DNA of 64,000 bases from an uncultured Candidatus Saccharibacteria bacterium. Its GTDB lineage: Bacteria; Patescibacteriota; JAQUNI01. The stretch is from contig CAZKRD010000001.1 in the NCBI GenBank assembly GCA_964555185.1, positions 239,272 through 303,271 on the forward strand, written 5' to 3'. Made by a program: the position numbers and the translations under genes. Shown here in pieces: positions 1 through 9,180 of the stretch. Under the pieces are notes generated by a model. It was not told the DNA's origin, made no database searches, and saw nothing but the letters and a program-made list of their open reading frames with translations. Position 1 is the first letter of the stretch. Each line of letters begins with the position of its first letter.

Positions 1-134
1 GGAAGGTAAATATAGCTTTTTGATTGTGCAATCTTGGTTCGAACAACCTCCACGCACCCCTGCTTGTCTTGAGCCTGCCGAAAGGCAAACATTAAAAATG
101 ACTGAAGGTTTGACAAAATATTTAAATCAAAAAA

Positions 135-929
135 ATGCAAAAACAAAGCACTAGATTACAGTGGTGGTTTTCCTTGATTATGGCCGTTATTTTTTCTCTC
201 ACGCTTGTTTTGGCAGGCGGAGCAGTTAGGGCGAAAAAAGAAAAACCAGACAACGCTAACAAGATCTCTGCTCAAGAAAGACAGGAGATCAAAAGAGAGT
301 TAAAGAATTTTGAAAAAGCAGAACGAAAGAGCGCTAAAGAAGATAATGAACCGCAAGCCCCTCAAGGTAAAAGTAATGCCAAGCTCCACAAAGTTAACAT
401 TGAGACCGTGGTCGAGAATTTAGAGGAGATTGCCGAAGAAGAAGAGATTGTTGAAGATCCTGAAGTGGGGGAGGATATTGGAGAGGTAGCTGAAGATGAA
501 GAAGAGGTTCAAGAGGAAGTAACAGACGCAATTATTGCTATCGAGAGTCGGAACAAGTTTAAGAAATTCTTAGTTGGCACGGATTACAAGCATTTAGGCC
601 AGTTACGCAAGAATTTAGTCCATAATCGAAACCAGATCCGGAAATTAAACAAAGCCACAGAAGGAGTAGAAGAAGGAGAAGAAAGAGAGGCCCTGGAAGA
701 ACAACTTACTACTTTAACCCAGGAACGAGAGAGGGTCAAAACAGTTATCGAAGAGAATGAAGAGGGATTCAGTATTCTCGGCTGGATTTTCAAATTTTTG
801 TATGGTTATCCAAAAGAACCGATCGATGAAGAAGTAGAGGAAGAGTTATTAGAAGAGGTTACTGATGTAATTGGCGAAGAGGAAACAGAGGACAATACAG
901 AAGAAGAGGAAGAGACCAGTGAAGAATAA
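135..929 (+). CDS. Secreted/membrane-anchored acidic coiled-coil hypothetical protein
   Basis: 264-aa ORF, N-terminal hydrophobic signal, very Glu-rich, followed by an inverted repeat at about 1000-1035. Confidence 0.75.
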   Translation: MQKQSTRLQWWFSLIMAVIFSLTLVLAGGAVRAKKEKPDNANKISAQERQEIKRELKNFEKAERKSAKEDNEPQAPQGKSNAKLHKVNIETVVENLEEIAEEEEIVEDPEVGEDIGEVAEDEEEVQEEVTDAIIAIESRNKFKKFLVGTDYKHLGQLRKNLVHNRNQIRKLNKATEGVEEGEEREALEEQLTTLTQERERVKTVIEENEEGFSILGWIFKFLYGYPKEPIDEEVEEELLEEVTDVIGEEETEDNTEEEEETSEE

Positions 930-1134
930 ATTATCGGATATTTTGTTAAAATAAGAGGTCGCTTTATTCTATTTTTGAGGCAAGTGAGACTAGATTTGTA
1001 AACAAAAATGGCTGATTTTGAGCCATTTTTGTTTTTGTTAATGATGATTGCATTTTGCAGTAGGATGTGTTTTTGTATCAATTTGGTTTTTGCGAACCAG
1101 TTACCCGAGAATTGATTTCTCGGTTTTTTATTTT

Positions 1135-1163
1135 TGCAAGAAAAATTTGATTCAAGCGTATTA
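1135..1163 (+). promoter_or_regulatory. Putative ECF-type promoter (TGCAAG-N16-CGTA)
   Basis: Resembles the SigW/SigX-type TGAAAC-N16-CGTA consensus; similar copy at 2603-2630. Confidence 0.45.
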
Positions 1164-1182
1164 TTTAATATATACTGGCTAT

Positions 1183-1767
1183 ATGCTTTCAGCGCAGGAA
1201 TGTCAGGAAAAAACCGATGTCGAACTCGTTAAACTGACTTTAAAAAATCAGGATTATTTTCAATATCTAATTGAACGTTACGAAGATAAGCTCTTAAGCT
1301 ATATTCGTAGAATATCTAATATTGCATTGGAAGAAGCAGAGGATATCCTGCAGGAGGTATTTATTAAAGTATATATTAATCTTAATGATTTTGATCCTGA
1401 TTTGAAATTTTCCTCCTGGATCTATCGGATTACCCATAATCAGGTAATCAGTAATTATCGTAAACTGCAATCAAGACCGCAGAAGATTGTTCTTGATCCG
1501 GAAAGTGATTTTTTAGAGAATCTGGCATCAGATTTGGATATTGGCAAAGATCTTGATCAAAAATATTTGCGCAAAGCAATAAATAAAGTTTTAGCAAGTC
1601 TCGATTTAAAATACAGAGAGATTTTAGTTCTAAAGTTTCTGGAAGAAAAAAGCTATCAAGAAATTTCGGATATTCTAAAAAAACCAATGGGTACGATTGC
1701 TAGCTTAATAAATAGGGCAAAAAAGAAATTCAAAGAGGAGATTGTTAGGCGGAGCATTAAATTGTAA
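1183..1767 (+). CDS. ECF RNA polymerase sigma factor (SigW-like)
   Basis: Region 2 (AEDILQEVFIKVY...FSSWIYRITHN) and region 4 (SYQEISDILKKPMGTIASLINRAK); start moved to ATG 1183. Confidence 0.9.
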   Translation: MLSAQECQEKTDVELVKLTLKNQDYFQYLIERYEDKLLSYIRRISNIALEEAEDILQEVFIKVYINLNDFDPDLKFSSWIYRITHNQVISNYRKLQSRPQKIVLDPESDFLENLASDLDIGKDLDQKYLRKAINKVLASLDLKYREILVLKFLEEKSYQEISDILKKPMGTIASLINRAKKKFKEEIVRRSIKL

Positions 1768-1771
1768 TTTT

Positions 1772-2605
1772 ATGGATAAAAATAACTTGAGTCAGAAAGT
1801 GCTTGAAAAAATCAAGAACAAGAAGATTAAACCTAAGCCAAAATGGGAGTTTTTACTTCGAGATTATTTGATCTGGATTGCTGCTTCCTTGTTTTTGTTA
1901 ATTGGCAGCCTTGCTTTTTCGGTTGTGATTTTTTTAATTAAAAACAATGATTGGGAAATTTATGAACAGATTAATGATAGTTTGCTCAAATTCATATTAT
2001 TAACCCTTCCTTATTTCTGGCTCATCTTCCTAGCCTTGTTTGTTTTCCTAGCTTACTATAATTTCAAGCACACTAAGCAAGGATATCATTACAAGGTGTT
2101 GGTTGTGGTTTTTGCCAGTATTCTAGTCAGTCTCTTTTTAGGTTTGATCTTCTATAATTTTGGTGTCGGACGAGCCGTAGATAGAGCACTCTCCAACAGA
2201 ATCCCTTTCTATAGTAATTTTATCAATAGACAAAGGATGATTTGGGAAAAACCTGAAGAAGGACGATTATCCGGTGTCATTCTTTCGGTTCATCACGAAA
2301 AAGATTTTGAAATTAAAAGTCTAGACGGCGATGTTTGGAATGTGTCAGGAGAAGAGATGATTATTCTTCCTGACAGGGAATTAATCAAGACAGGAAGCAA
2401 AGTAAAGATTATTGGCCAAAAAAAGGACGAGAATAATTTTGAGGCTTTCTTAGTTGTTCCTTTTGTTCCTGATAAGAAGTCTTTAAAAGGAAGATTGGAA
2501 ATTAGAAAACAGATCAAAGAGCATCCTGAAATCTTTAAGCAATTAAAAGGATCACCTGAATTTCCAAAGAATTTTAGGAAATTTCCCGGATCGAAGCTTC
2601 AATGA
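1772..2605 (+). CDS. Membrane protein, putative anti-sigma factor
   Basis: Starts 4 nt after the ECF gene; three TM helices plus a soluble C-terminal domain. Confidence 0.65.
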   Translation: MDKNNLSQKVLEKIKNKKIKPKPKWEFLLRDYLIWIAASLFLLIGSLAFSVVIFLIKNNDWEIYEQINDSLLKFILLTLPYFWLIFLALFVFLAYYNFKHTKQGYHYKVLVVVFASILVSLFLGLIFYNFGVGRAVDRALSNRIPFYSNFINRQRMIWEKPEEGRLSGVILSVHHEKDFEIKSLDGDVWNVSGEEMIILPDRELIKTGSKVKIIGQKKDENNFEAFLVVPFVPDKKSLKGRLEIRKQIKEHPEIFKQLKGSPEFPKNFRKFPGSKLQ

Positions 2606-2682
2606 AAGAAAAATTTTTAAATTCGTATTATTAAGCAGAGGGTGCCCAGAAACATATATTATTCATTAACTAATTAAAAAAC

Positions 2683-3030
2683 ATGAAGAAATCAAAACTA
2701 TACCTTGTAATCGCGATAATCGCGGCAATTACAACCGGTGCGATAGTTTACGGAGTCAGTTATGCTCAAGATGGAGCAGGGAAGATGGGTTTTCCTTATG
2801 CAAACTGGGGAAATAAAGGAGCGATGACAGAGGCGATTGAGAATAATGATTATAGTGCTTGGCTTGCGGCTGTCGGAGAAGACAGTCGAATGACAGAGAT
2901 GGTCACGGCAGAAAATTTCTCTAAGTTTGTGGAAATGCACAACTTAATGCAGGAAGGCAACTATGAAGAAGCGCGTGAAATTAGAGAAGAATTAGGCATA
3001 CTAGACAGACGAGGATGGCTTAAAGAATAG
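2683..3030 (+). CDS. Small secreted hypothetical protein
   Basis: Signal peptide (..VSYA|Q); terminator-like hairpin at about 3065-3106. Confidence 0.7.
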   Translation: MKKSKLYLVIAIIAAITTGAIVYGVSYAQDGAGKMGFPYANWGNKGAMTEAIENNDYSAWLAAVGEDSRMTEMVTAENFSKFVEMHNLMQEGNYEEAREIREELGILDRRGWLKE

Positions 3031-3112
3031 TGGCTTGCAATCTTGATATACAAAGGCAGTAATTAAAAAACAGCCCTTGCTGGAAATAATCGCGGGGTTG
3101 TTTTTTGTGAAC

Positions 3113-3270
3113 AAAAAAAGAACAGCGTGGTGAATCTTGTTTTTAGCTGTTCTGATAATAAGGGGACTCTGGCGCTTGGGCTCTGGCTCCCATCTTACAG
3201 ATATAAATTACAAAGATCTATGAAGGCCCTATCAAGCGGCCAATGGCTTCGACTCTTGTTTGGACACTAT
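3113..3270 (-). ncRNA. Candidate ~150-nt small RNA
   Basis: Minus-strand TTGACC-17-TATTTT promoter near 3273-3301; GAACAGC..GCTGTTC+U7 terminator at 3113-3152; no SD-led ORF inside. Confidence 0.35.
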
Positions 3271-3389
3271 AAAAAATAGCATAAGCCTATCTAAAGGTCA
3301 ATAATTTTGACAAATAGAGATAATATTAGATAGAATGATTGAAGCGGCTCACAGCAAAGAGGTTTCTATAACAAAAGGAGTGATTTAGA

Positions 3390-3656
3390 ATGCCAAGGTG
3401 TATCAAAATTCCACCAGGACATTTTGGTGTCGCGCATTATTTTTATCCAGAAGACGGCTCTAAATTGTCTCCTTATGGATGGCCTAGGGGGAGATGTGTT
3501 TTTAGGGTCTTTTTGCCTGGCAGGAGGATTGATAATAGCATTCCCAATCTTGAATCTATTGAGAGACCCTATCCGCTTCCTGCGGGCCTGCAGACTAAGA
3601 AGGAGGTGCGAGGGTATTACCTTCGATGTATCAAAAACGGGAAGAGCTTGCGCTAG
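3390..3656 (+). CDS. Small hypothetical protein (cassette type)
   Basis: TTGACA-18-TAGAAT at 3307-3336, AAAGGAG SD, ATG, downstream GCTAGC..GCTAGC+T7 hairpin. Confidence 0.55.
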   Translation: MPRCIKIPPGHFGVAHYFYPEDGSKLSPYGWPRGRCVFRVFLPGRRIDNSIPNLESIERPYPLPAGLQTKKEVRGYYLRCIKNGKSLR

Positions 3657-3808
3657 CTTGCAGAATGATATTTACAGGCTAGCTTTTTTTATTCAAACAA
3701 AAAAAGGATCTTGGTTCGTGCCTACACCAGAGAACACGAGCGCAAGATCCCTGCCTAGCCATACCTAACTTTTGGACAGAAGCTGGAGCATGGTTTCGGC
3801 GACTGACT

Positions 3809-4057
3809 TTAGATTAATCCTCTTAATTTGAATAATCTCTGCCTCCTTTTTCGAGCCCAACTATCTGTGATTTCAGAGGCAGTTCTTGGCACATGCATTT
3901 TCTGCGCCAGATGGAGGATTAATAGAACAAATAATATAGCTACTGTTGGCAGAACTACAAGGTAAATGTAGTCTGCCATCTTTTCCGTTTCTGCTCCTCC
4001 GAAAATCATGAGAAAGAGAAGCAGTATATATGTTAGCCCTCGAGCGATCTTTTCCAT
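3809..4057 (-). CDS. Small two-TM membrane protein (cassette type)
   Basis: TTGACT-17-TAAACT at 4153-4125, GGGAG SD, two hydrophobic helices, basic tail, terminator at about 3699-3750. Confidence 0.6.
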   Translation of the reverse strand: MEKIARGLTYILLLFLMIFGGAETEKMADYIYLVVLPTVAILFVLLILHLAQKMHVPRTASEITDSWARKRRQRLFKLRGLI

Positions 4058-4165
4058 TTTTAATTCATCTCCCTTCAAGAGGGACTCTGGCGAGAACCAA
4101 AAAAGCTCTATTTAGAGCTTTTTTAGTTTACCACATTTATTCGAAAAAGTCAAATGACTGAAAAT

Positions 4166-4894
4166 TTATTTTTTTCTGTATTTAGTGATTACAATAATAA
4201 GTCCTAAAGAAGCAAAGACAATAGCGCCCCATGCTCCTACGCGCGGTAGAGTAATAGGGAGGGGAATCGGAGAGGTTGCTGCCTTAATCTCGTCGAGGGG
4301 GCCATCGCCATTGCCGCCATTACCGTCCTCTTCTTCCTTAATGTGGATTGCGATATCACATCCGTATTCGTCTTTTTCCGCGGGCGGGCCGTCATAGTCC
4401 TGGCCCACATAATCTCTAATTGGCGGAACCTCAAGTTTGACTTCCCAATTATCAGTGAGATCACCCGGACCAATCGAAGCTTGGGCTTCGGTGTCGCCCT
4501 CACTGGGGTCAATCATTGTTTTCGTGAGGTAGGGGCAAAGCAGGGGATAACAATTTTCATAGTCTTCTGGATTGGCGCGGCAATGCGTGCGCGCCTCAGA
4601 TGATCCAGCACTCTCAAGATATTCGGGCCTTGGTTTAGGGTGCTGGGTAATATAGTATTTGACAGCTTTATCAATAGTGTTTGGCACTTCAATTATAAAA
4701 TACTGATAGAGTTTTTCTGAAGGAAAGACTAAGCCGTAATTGATATGATCAGGGGAGACTGTGGAAGCAATTTTAGCCGAAACATAACTTAATTGATATT
4801 GGAAACTAAAGAGAAACAGAATTAAAGTAATAAATCCTGCTGAAACTATTGCAATCTTCCTTGTTTTAGATTCTTGTTTTAATGGTTTAATCAT
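4166..4894 (-). CDS. Secreted paralogue of 7127-8275 with C-terminal LPxTG-like sorting signal
   Basis: Shares YGLVFPSEKL, QHPKP, CYPLLCPYL, WEVKLEVP and YGCD blocks with 7127-8275; ends LPRVG-hydrophobic helix-KYRKK. Confidence 0.75.
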   Translation of the reverse strand: MIKPLKQESKTRKIAIVSAGFITLILFLFSFQYQLSYVSAKIASTVSPDHINYGLVFPSEKLYQYFIIEVPNTIDKAVKYYITQHPKPRPEYLESAGSSEARTHCRANPEDYENCYPLLCPYLTKTMIDPSEGDTEAQASIGPGDLTDNWEVKLEVPPIRDYVGQDYDGPPAEKDEYGCDIAIHIKEEEDGNGGNGDGPLDEIKAATSPIPLPITLPRVGAWGAIVFASLGLIIVITKYRKK

Positions 4895-4898
4895 ATAT

Positions 4899-6086
4899 TT
4901 ATTCTTCTGGTGGAGGGTCATTATTCTCTGGTTCTGGCGGGGTTTCTTCTTCGCCGCCTTCTTCTCCTGTTGTTCCTCCCTCGCTATCTTCTTCTTCGTT
5001 CCCTGATGATTCTTCGCCTCCTTCTTCTGTTCCTTCTCCTCCTTCTGTGTTTTCTTCCTCGTTGCCTTCTTCGCCTATCTCCTCGTCATTTCCTTCTTCA
5101 GTGCCTTGATCGCCACTGGTTTCGTCTCCGGTTTCTTCGCCACTGTCTGATCCTTCTTGATTCTCATTATTTTCTCCTTCTCCTTCGCTTTCTCCGGAAG
5201 AGTCACCTGGTGTTGAATCAGAGCCTGAATCGCCAGGAGGATCTTCATTCTCAGTTGAGGGGCTCGTATCTGAAGTTGAGATTATTAGAGGAGATTCTTC
5301 TTTTGGCGGATCTTCTTTTTCTTCAGAAGAAGAGTGGGGATTGGTGCCGGGGTTGGGTGATTCTAGATCTACCCAATCAGCGGCTGTGTCTGTGTCATGG
5401 CCCTTTGGTTCGCGGGCAATTGAATTTCCTTTAGGCACATTAGGTACAGACGGATCAAAAGCAGAAGTATCATCACCCCAACTTACGGCATCAATTTTAT
5501 TATCATTTTTATCATAAAGGAAGACGCGATCGCCGTCATTGTTTAAGTGATTGAACATACTAGTGCCACCCAGTGCAATCTTAATGGCGCTAGCAGGAAT
5601 CAAGGGCCAATGGCTCCAAGTAGAAGCGTTCGCCGCGATTACGACAAACTGACCAGGATCAATTCTATAATTATCGTGAATTACTTCTTCGCTATTGTTA
5701 TCTTTTAAATACCAGTCTTTTAAGTCAACAGTATGATCACAGGCATTGTAGAGTTCGATCCATTCATCATCAGCATCGCCATGCTCTTCATCTGGATCAT
5801 CATAGACTTCATTTATTTTCATACAGCTCTCATCCGGTTCTTCTTCGCAGATAGCAGAACAGTCGTCTCCGTCTTCTTGGTTGCCGTCATCACATTGCTC
5901 CCCAGGATCCAGGTTGCCATCACCGCAATAAGGCCCACCTTCGATCGTAGCAGTTACGCCGATCACATGCGCTTCGTAAGCGTCTGTTTTTTGGGCCTGG
6001 ACAGAGACAAAGATCGTTAAAACCATGGCGCTGATTACAGCGAGGCTTAATAGTTTATATATTTTTTTTGTTTTTCCTTTTAACAT
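4899..6086 (-). CDS. Secreted lamin-tail-domain protein with Myxococcus-type Cys-rich repeat and acidic tail
   Basis: A|YEAHVIGVTATIE mature N-terminus; CGDGNLDPGEQCDDGN..CSAIC; LTD motifs INEVY, EWIELYN, VDLKDWYL, PNPG. Confidence 0.8.
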   Translation of the reverse strand: MLKGKTKKIYKLLSLAVISAMVLTIFVSVQAQKTDAYEAHVIGVTATIEGGPYCGDGNLDPGEQCDDGNQEDGDDCSAICEEEPDESCMKINEVYDDPDEEHGDADDEWIELYNACDHTVDLKDWYLKDNNSEEVIHDNYRIDPGQFVVIAANASTWSHWPLIPASAIKIALGGTSMFNHLNNDGDRVFLYDKNDNKIDAVSWGDDTSAFDPSVPNVPKGNSIAREPKGHDTDTAADWVDLESPNPGTNPHSSSEEKEDPPKEESPLIISTSDTSPSTENEDPPGDSGSDSTPGDSSGESEGEGENNENQEGSDSGEETGDETSGDQGTEEGNDEEIGEEGNEEENTEGGEGTEEGGEESSGNEEEDSEGGTTGEEGGEEETPPEPENNDPPPEE

Positions 6087-6090
6087 AAAG

Positions 6091-6567
6091 TTATCTATTT
6101 ATCCAGATACTGACATTGCCTAAGAAGGGTATTTTCGCCGGCTTTCCTTTTAGAGTTAGAGCTTTACCAATTACTTCTTCGTATTTTATTGCCGCGTCTT
6201 TGACATTGTTAGCATCACCTTGAGTGACAAGCGAATTCTCTTTGATCTGAATCACGCGGTGGATTGTAAAGCCCTTCGGGTTTTTGTAAACTATGATATC
6301 GCCAACCTGAATCTCTCCTTTGTTATCCACGCCTTTGATTAAGACGAGGTCGCCTTTATTTAAGGCAGGCCACATTGAACGAGAAGTGATTGAGGCCATG
6401 GGATGATCAGTGCCCAAGATCCAGGTCAGGGCTTGAGGGATCGCGTAGATTAGGCTTAAGAGGATGATAATATAAAGGAAGGCAATGCCGACATTTTTCA
6501 ATCCTTTTTTACCGAACAATGATTCTTTTTTTCGAGGTTTATCTCCTTTTTTTTCAGAATCAGACAT
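6091..6567 (-). CDS. sipW: Signal peptidase I, SipW/ER type (S26B)
   Basis: SRSMWPAL (catalytic Ser), TIHRV (His general base), TQGDAN..D motifs. Confidence 0.88.
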   Translation of the reverse strand: MSDSEKKGDKPRKKESLFGKKGLKNVGIAFLYIIILLSLIYAIPQALTWILGTDHPMASITSRSMWPALNKGDLVLIKGVDNKGEIQVGDIIVYKNPKGFTIHRVIQIKENSLVTQGDANNVKDAAIKYEEVIGKALTLKGKPAKIPFLGNVSIWINR

Positions 6568-6573
6568 AGCTTA

Positions 6574-7056
6574 TTAAAAAACTTTGGGCAATTTAAAGAC
6601 AATTACTTTTCCTGAATATTTTTTAACCTCTGCCGAAGGGGGGATATTCACACTGAAAGAAACTTTTACTTCCTGATCTGGGGTTAAGGTAAAATAGTTC
6701 TGATCGATTTCAACCAGAGGAGAGATAGAGCCGAACTTCCAGATGATAATATAGCTTGGCATCCGGCCGCCGCTTTTTAAGGTAACATAGCGGGTCATTG
6801 CGTTGTTCCGCGAGAGGTCGCCGAAATCAAGATTGTCAGCAAGAGGATTAATCCCCATCACATTTTCTCCCTCAACTACATTAACGAAGATTTTGTAATA
6901 AGAAGCATTAAGGAATTGAACAATGATCAGGACTAAAACAACAATAGCAATAATGATTGCAACTAGTCTGCCTTTCTTGATTTTCTTTTTCGAACTTTCT
7001 TTTTTTTCTTCTTCTTTTGTTTCTGTTTCTGGAATGACTTCCTTTTCTTCTTGCAT
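6574..7056 (-). CDS. Single-TM protein with Ig-like beta domain (operon accessory)
   Basis: Charged N-terminus, TM helix, LDFGDL motif, beta-rich C-terminus; tightly coupled to sipW. Confidence 0.7.
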   Translation of the reverse strand: MQEEKEVIPETETKEEEKKESSKKKIKKGRLVAIIIAIVVLVLIIVQFLNASYYKIFVNVVEGENVMGINPLADNLDFGDLSRNNAMTRYVTLKSGGRMPSYIIIWKFGSISPLVEIDQNYFTLTPDQEVKVSFSVNIPPSAEVKKYSGKVIVFKLPKVF

Positions 7057-7126
7057 AGATGATTTTAATTGCTAATCTTTCCCCCGTTATTTAGATACGG
7101 GGGAATTCATTAACAATCAATATAGA

Positions 7127-8275
7127 TTAAGGCGCTGTTCCTTCTTGAATTTCAGCCCAGTTGAACATAACTTGACCCCAGCCTATTTCACACCAGTTAG
7201 TATCAGGATCGGTGGCGACTAATTCAAATTCGACAATACTGTTTAAACCTGCAGGAAGGTTCCATTCCGTGGTAACCCAATTTTCGTTTGGATTTTGCCA
7301 ATTGTAATGACCTACGAGCTGACCATCAGCGTGGATGTCAAAGCTGTCTTGTTGGGAACCATCAAGATGTCTTAAGACTAATTTTTTGGGTTCAATATTC
7401 ATGCCTACATCCATCTTGAAGGTTGCGGCGGCATGTGACGGGTCAGTGGCTTGACAACCGGTTGGTGGCCCCATCAGGCCCCGGAAGTCAGCATCATTGC
7501 CATCATAGCCACCATAATTACCGAGTTTGAGGCAGCTGTTTGGGTCAGTACAACTTAGGGAGCCGACATAGCTCCAGTCGTCCTCCACCATACCTAAGTG
7601 CCAGCTTTCGCTTGCTGGATTGCCGAAATCAACGCGGTCAAGATAATTGACCGAGATGCCACTTACTTCAACCCAGAGGTCACAGCCAAAAGTTTCGGAT
7701 TCTAGATCAGCAGGCAATTCCCATCCTTCGTGGGTCCAATCTTGAGCGCATTGCCCTTCAAAACAGGGTACATCCAAATCAATAACCCATTCATCTTCAG
7801 TATCTTGTTCTGATTTGACTAAACGACCCAAAACATCAGTACCCATGTCATGGAAAGCATCTAGAGTACCATCATTACCACCGTCATCAGGATGCTTTGA
7901 GAGATAGTAACAGAGCAGAGGGTAGCATTTCTCCAGATAGTCTTGGGCATACTCATGTCTTGTTGTAGGAACATTTGCATGACACCAGGCTTCATCTTCA
8001 GGGGTTAGTGGTTTTGGTTTCTGTCTGATGAAGTAGTCAACATCATCAACTCGATCTTCTTCTAAGAAGGAGTCGCTTAGTTTGATCAATAGATTGCGAT
8101 TTAGCTTTTCTTGGGGGAAGACAGTACCAAAGGTAATTTCATCAGGCATTACAGACAAAGCATTTTCAATCTTGGCTGTAACATTGATCACATGTGCTTC
8201 GTAAGCAGATATCGCGGCAACGCCGGCAACGACGATAGCGAAGGCTGCTAGTCCTAGCATAATTTTTTTCTTCAT
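7127..8275 (-). CDS. SipW-cognate secreted protein (TasA/camelysin-like, putative major fibre subunit)
   Basis: MKKK signal, SA|YEAHVINVTAKIE, Cys-containing core, extra C-terminal beta domain; strong AAGGAGGTG SD; first gene of the sipW operon. Confidence 0.72.
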   Translation of the reverse strand: MKKKIMLGLAAFAIVVAGVAAISAYEAHVINVTAKIENALSVMPDEITFGTVFPQEKLNRNLLIKLSDSFLEEDRVDDVDYFIRQKPKPLTPEDEAWCHANVPTTRHEYAQDYLEKCYPLLCYYLSKHPDDGGNDGTLDAFHDMGTDVLGRLVKSEQDTEDEWVIDLDVPCFEGQCAQDWTHEGWELPADLESETFGCDLWVEVSGISVNYLDRVDFGNPASESWHLGMVEDDWSYVGSLSCTDPNSCLKLGNYGGYDGNDADFRGLMGPPTGCQATDPSHAAATFKMDVGMNIEPKKLVLRHLDGSQQDSFDIHADGQLVGHYNWQNPNENWVTTEWNLPAGLNSIVEFELVATDPDTNWCEIGWGQVMFNWAEIQEGTAP

Positions 8276-8593
8276 TTGTTTACACCTCCTTTCTATTATT
8301 ATTTTTTTGATTTAATCAAGTAGCTTGCTGTAACCCCCTAAAATAAAAAGGGGGGACTTATCCCTCCAAATCAAGTCTTGGTCTAGCTTTTGGAAGCTAG
8401 AGTAAGCTACTTTTTATTTTAAAACCCCTGGAAAAAATACAGGGGTTCGACTTCAAGAATTTAATTGTAAATATAAAAATGGCCAGATTGTGAGATGAGA
8501 TTTTGTTAGATATTTTTCTTTTAATATTTTCATGCAGCTTTTTGTATTTTTTCTCGATAATCCATTATAGCAAATATCCTTATTTTCCGTCAA
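8276..8593 (-). promoter_or_regulatory. Promoter (TTGACG-18-TATAAT) and long structured 5' leader of the sipW operon
   Basis: -35 at 8588-8593, -10 at 8564-8569; AAGTAGCTT/AAGCTACTT stem (about 8318-8412) encloses further hairpins; AACCCCTG/CAGGGGTT hairpin at about 8423-8447. Confidence 0.55.
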
Positions 8594-8595
8594 GG

Positions 8596-8828
8596 GTTTT
8601 GCGGTTTTGTTCATAGAAAGGAGAGGTGGGGGGCACAGGCTGATCAAAATGGCTTGTGCCCTCCCGGAGGTAAGAAATGTAAAAGTTTTTAAGTCTCCTT
8701 TCAGTGCAATCCCTTCTTATTGCCGAAAAGGATTGATGTTTTCTGGCTATCGCCGGAAACCACCCAACTTTCATTCTTCCTCACTCTATCTTCACTTATA
8801 TTATATTTCTCAATAATAATTTTGTCAA
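8596..8828 (-). ncRNA. Array unit E: promoter plus structured RNA
   Basis: TTGACA(8823-8828)-17-TATAAT(8800-8805); stems CAATCC/GGATTG, GAAAGGAG/CTCCTTTC, GGGCACA/TGTGCCC. Confidence 0.5.
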
Positions 8829-8846
8829 AGGTTTTGCAGGCTTTGA

Positions 8847-9180
8847 AAATAAAAAATCCCGCAGATTCTTTTTAGAGAAAGATAGCGGGTTTGAGTAAAA
8901 GGCACAGGGAGCAAGCGCCTGAAATTGCTCCCTGTAATGTTGACGTCTGGATAGACAATGTAAGACCAGGCTTTTTGGAAGGAAACTTGGTGAGGTTAAC
9001 AGATGATCTACTTCTGTTGTTTTTGCTATGGCAGATTTATTGGATGGTCAGAAGCAGACCATTTACTTTTTTTGGCATCACCTCGCTTTTTTGGTGACCA
9101 AACGGATGAGGAGCGGCAATACAGCAGAAACCATTGCCCCACCTCATCTATATTATATTTCCCAATTCTAATTTTGTCAA
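8847..9180 (-). ncRNA. Array unit D: promoter, multi-hairpin RNA, terminator
   Basis: TTGACA(9175-9180)-17-TATAAT(9152-9157); several long hairpins; CCCGC..GCGGG+U-tract terminator. Confidence 0.55.

Noticed and set aside
3424-3768. 114-aa alternative ORF overlapping 3390-3656
   Set aside because: Non-ATG start without an SD, and it runs through terminator hairpins; the SD-led frame is preferred
4910-5434. 174-aa Leu-rich + strand ORF
   Set aside because: Reverse complement of the Glu-rich tail of the lamin-tail protein
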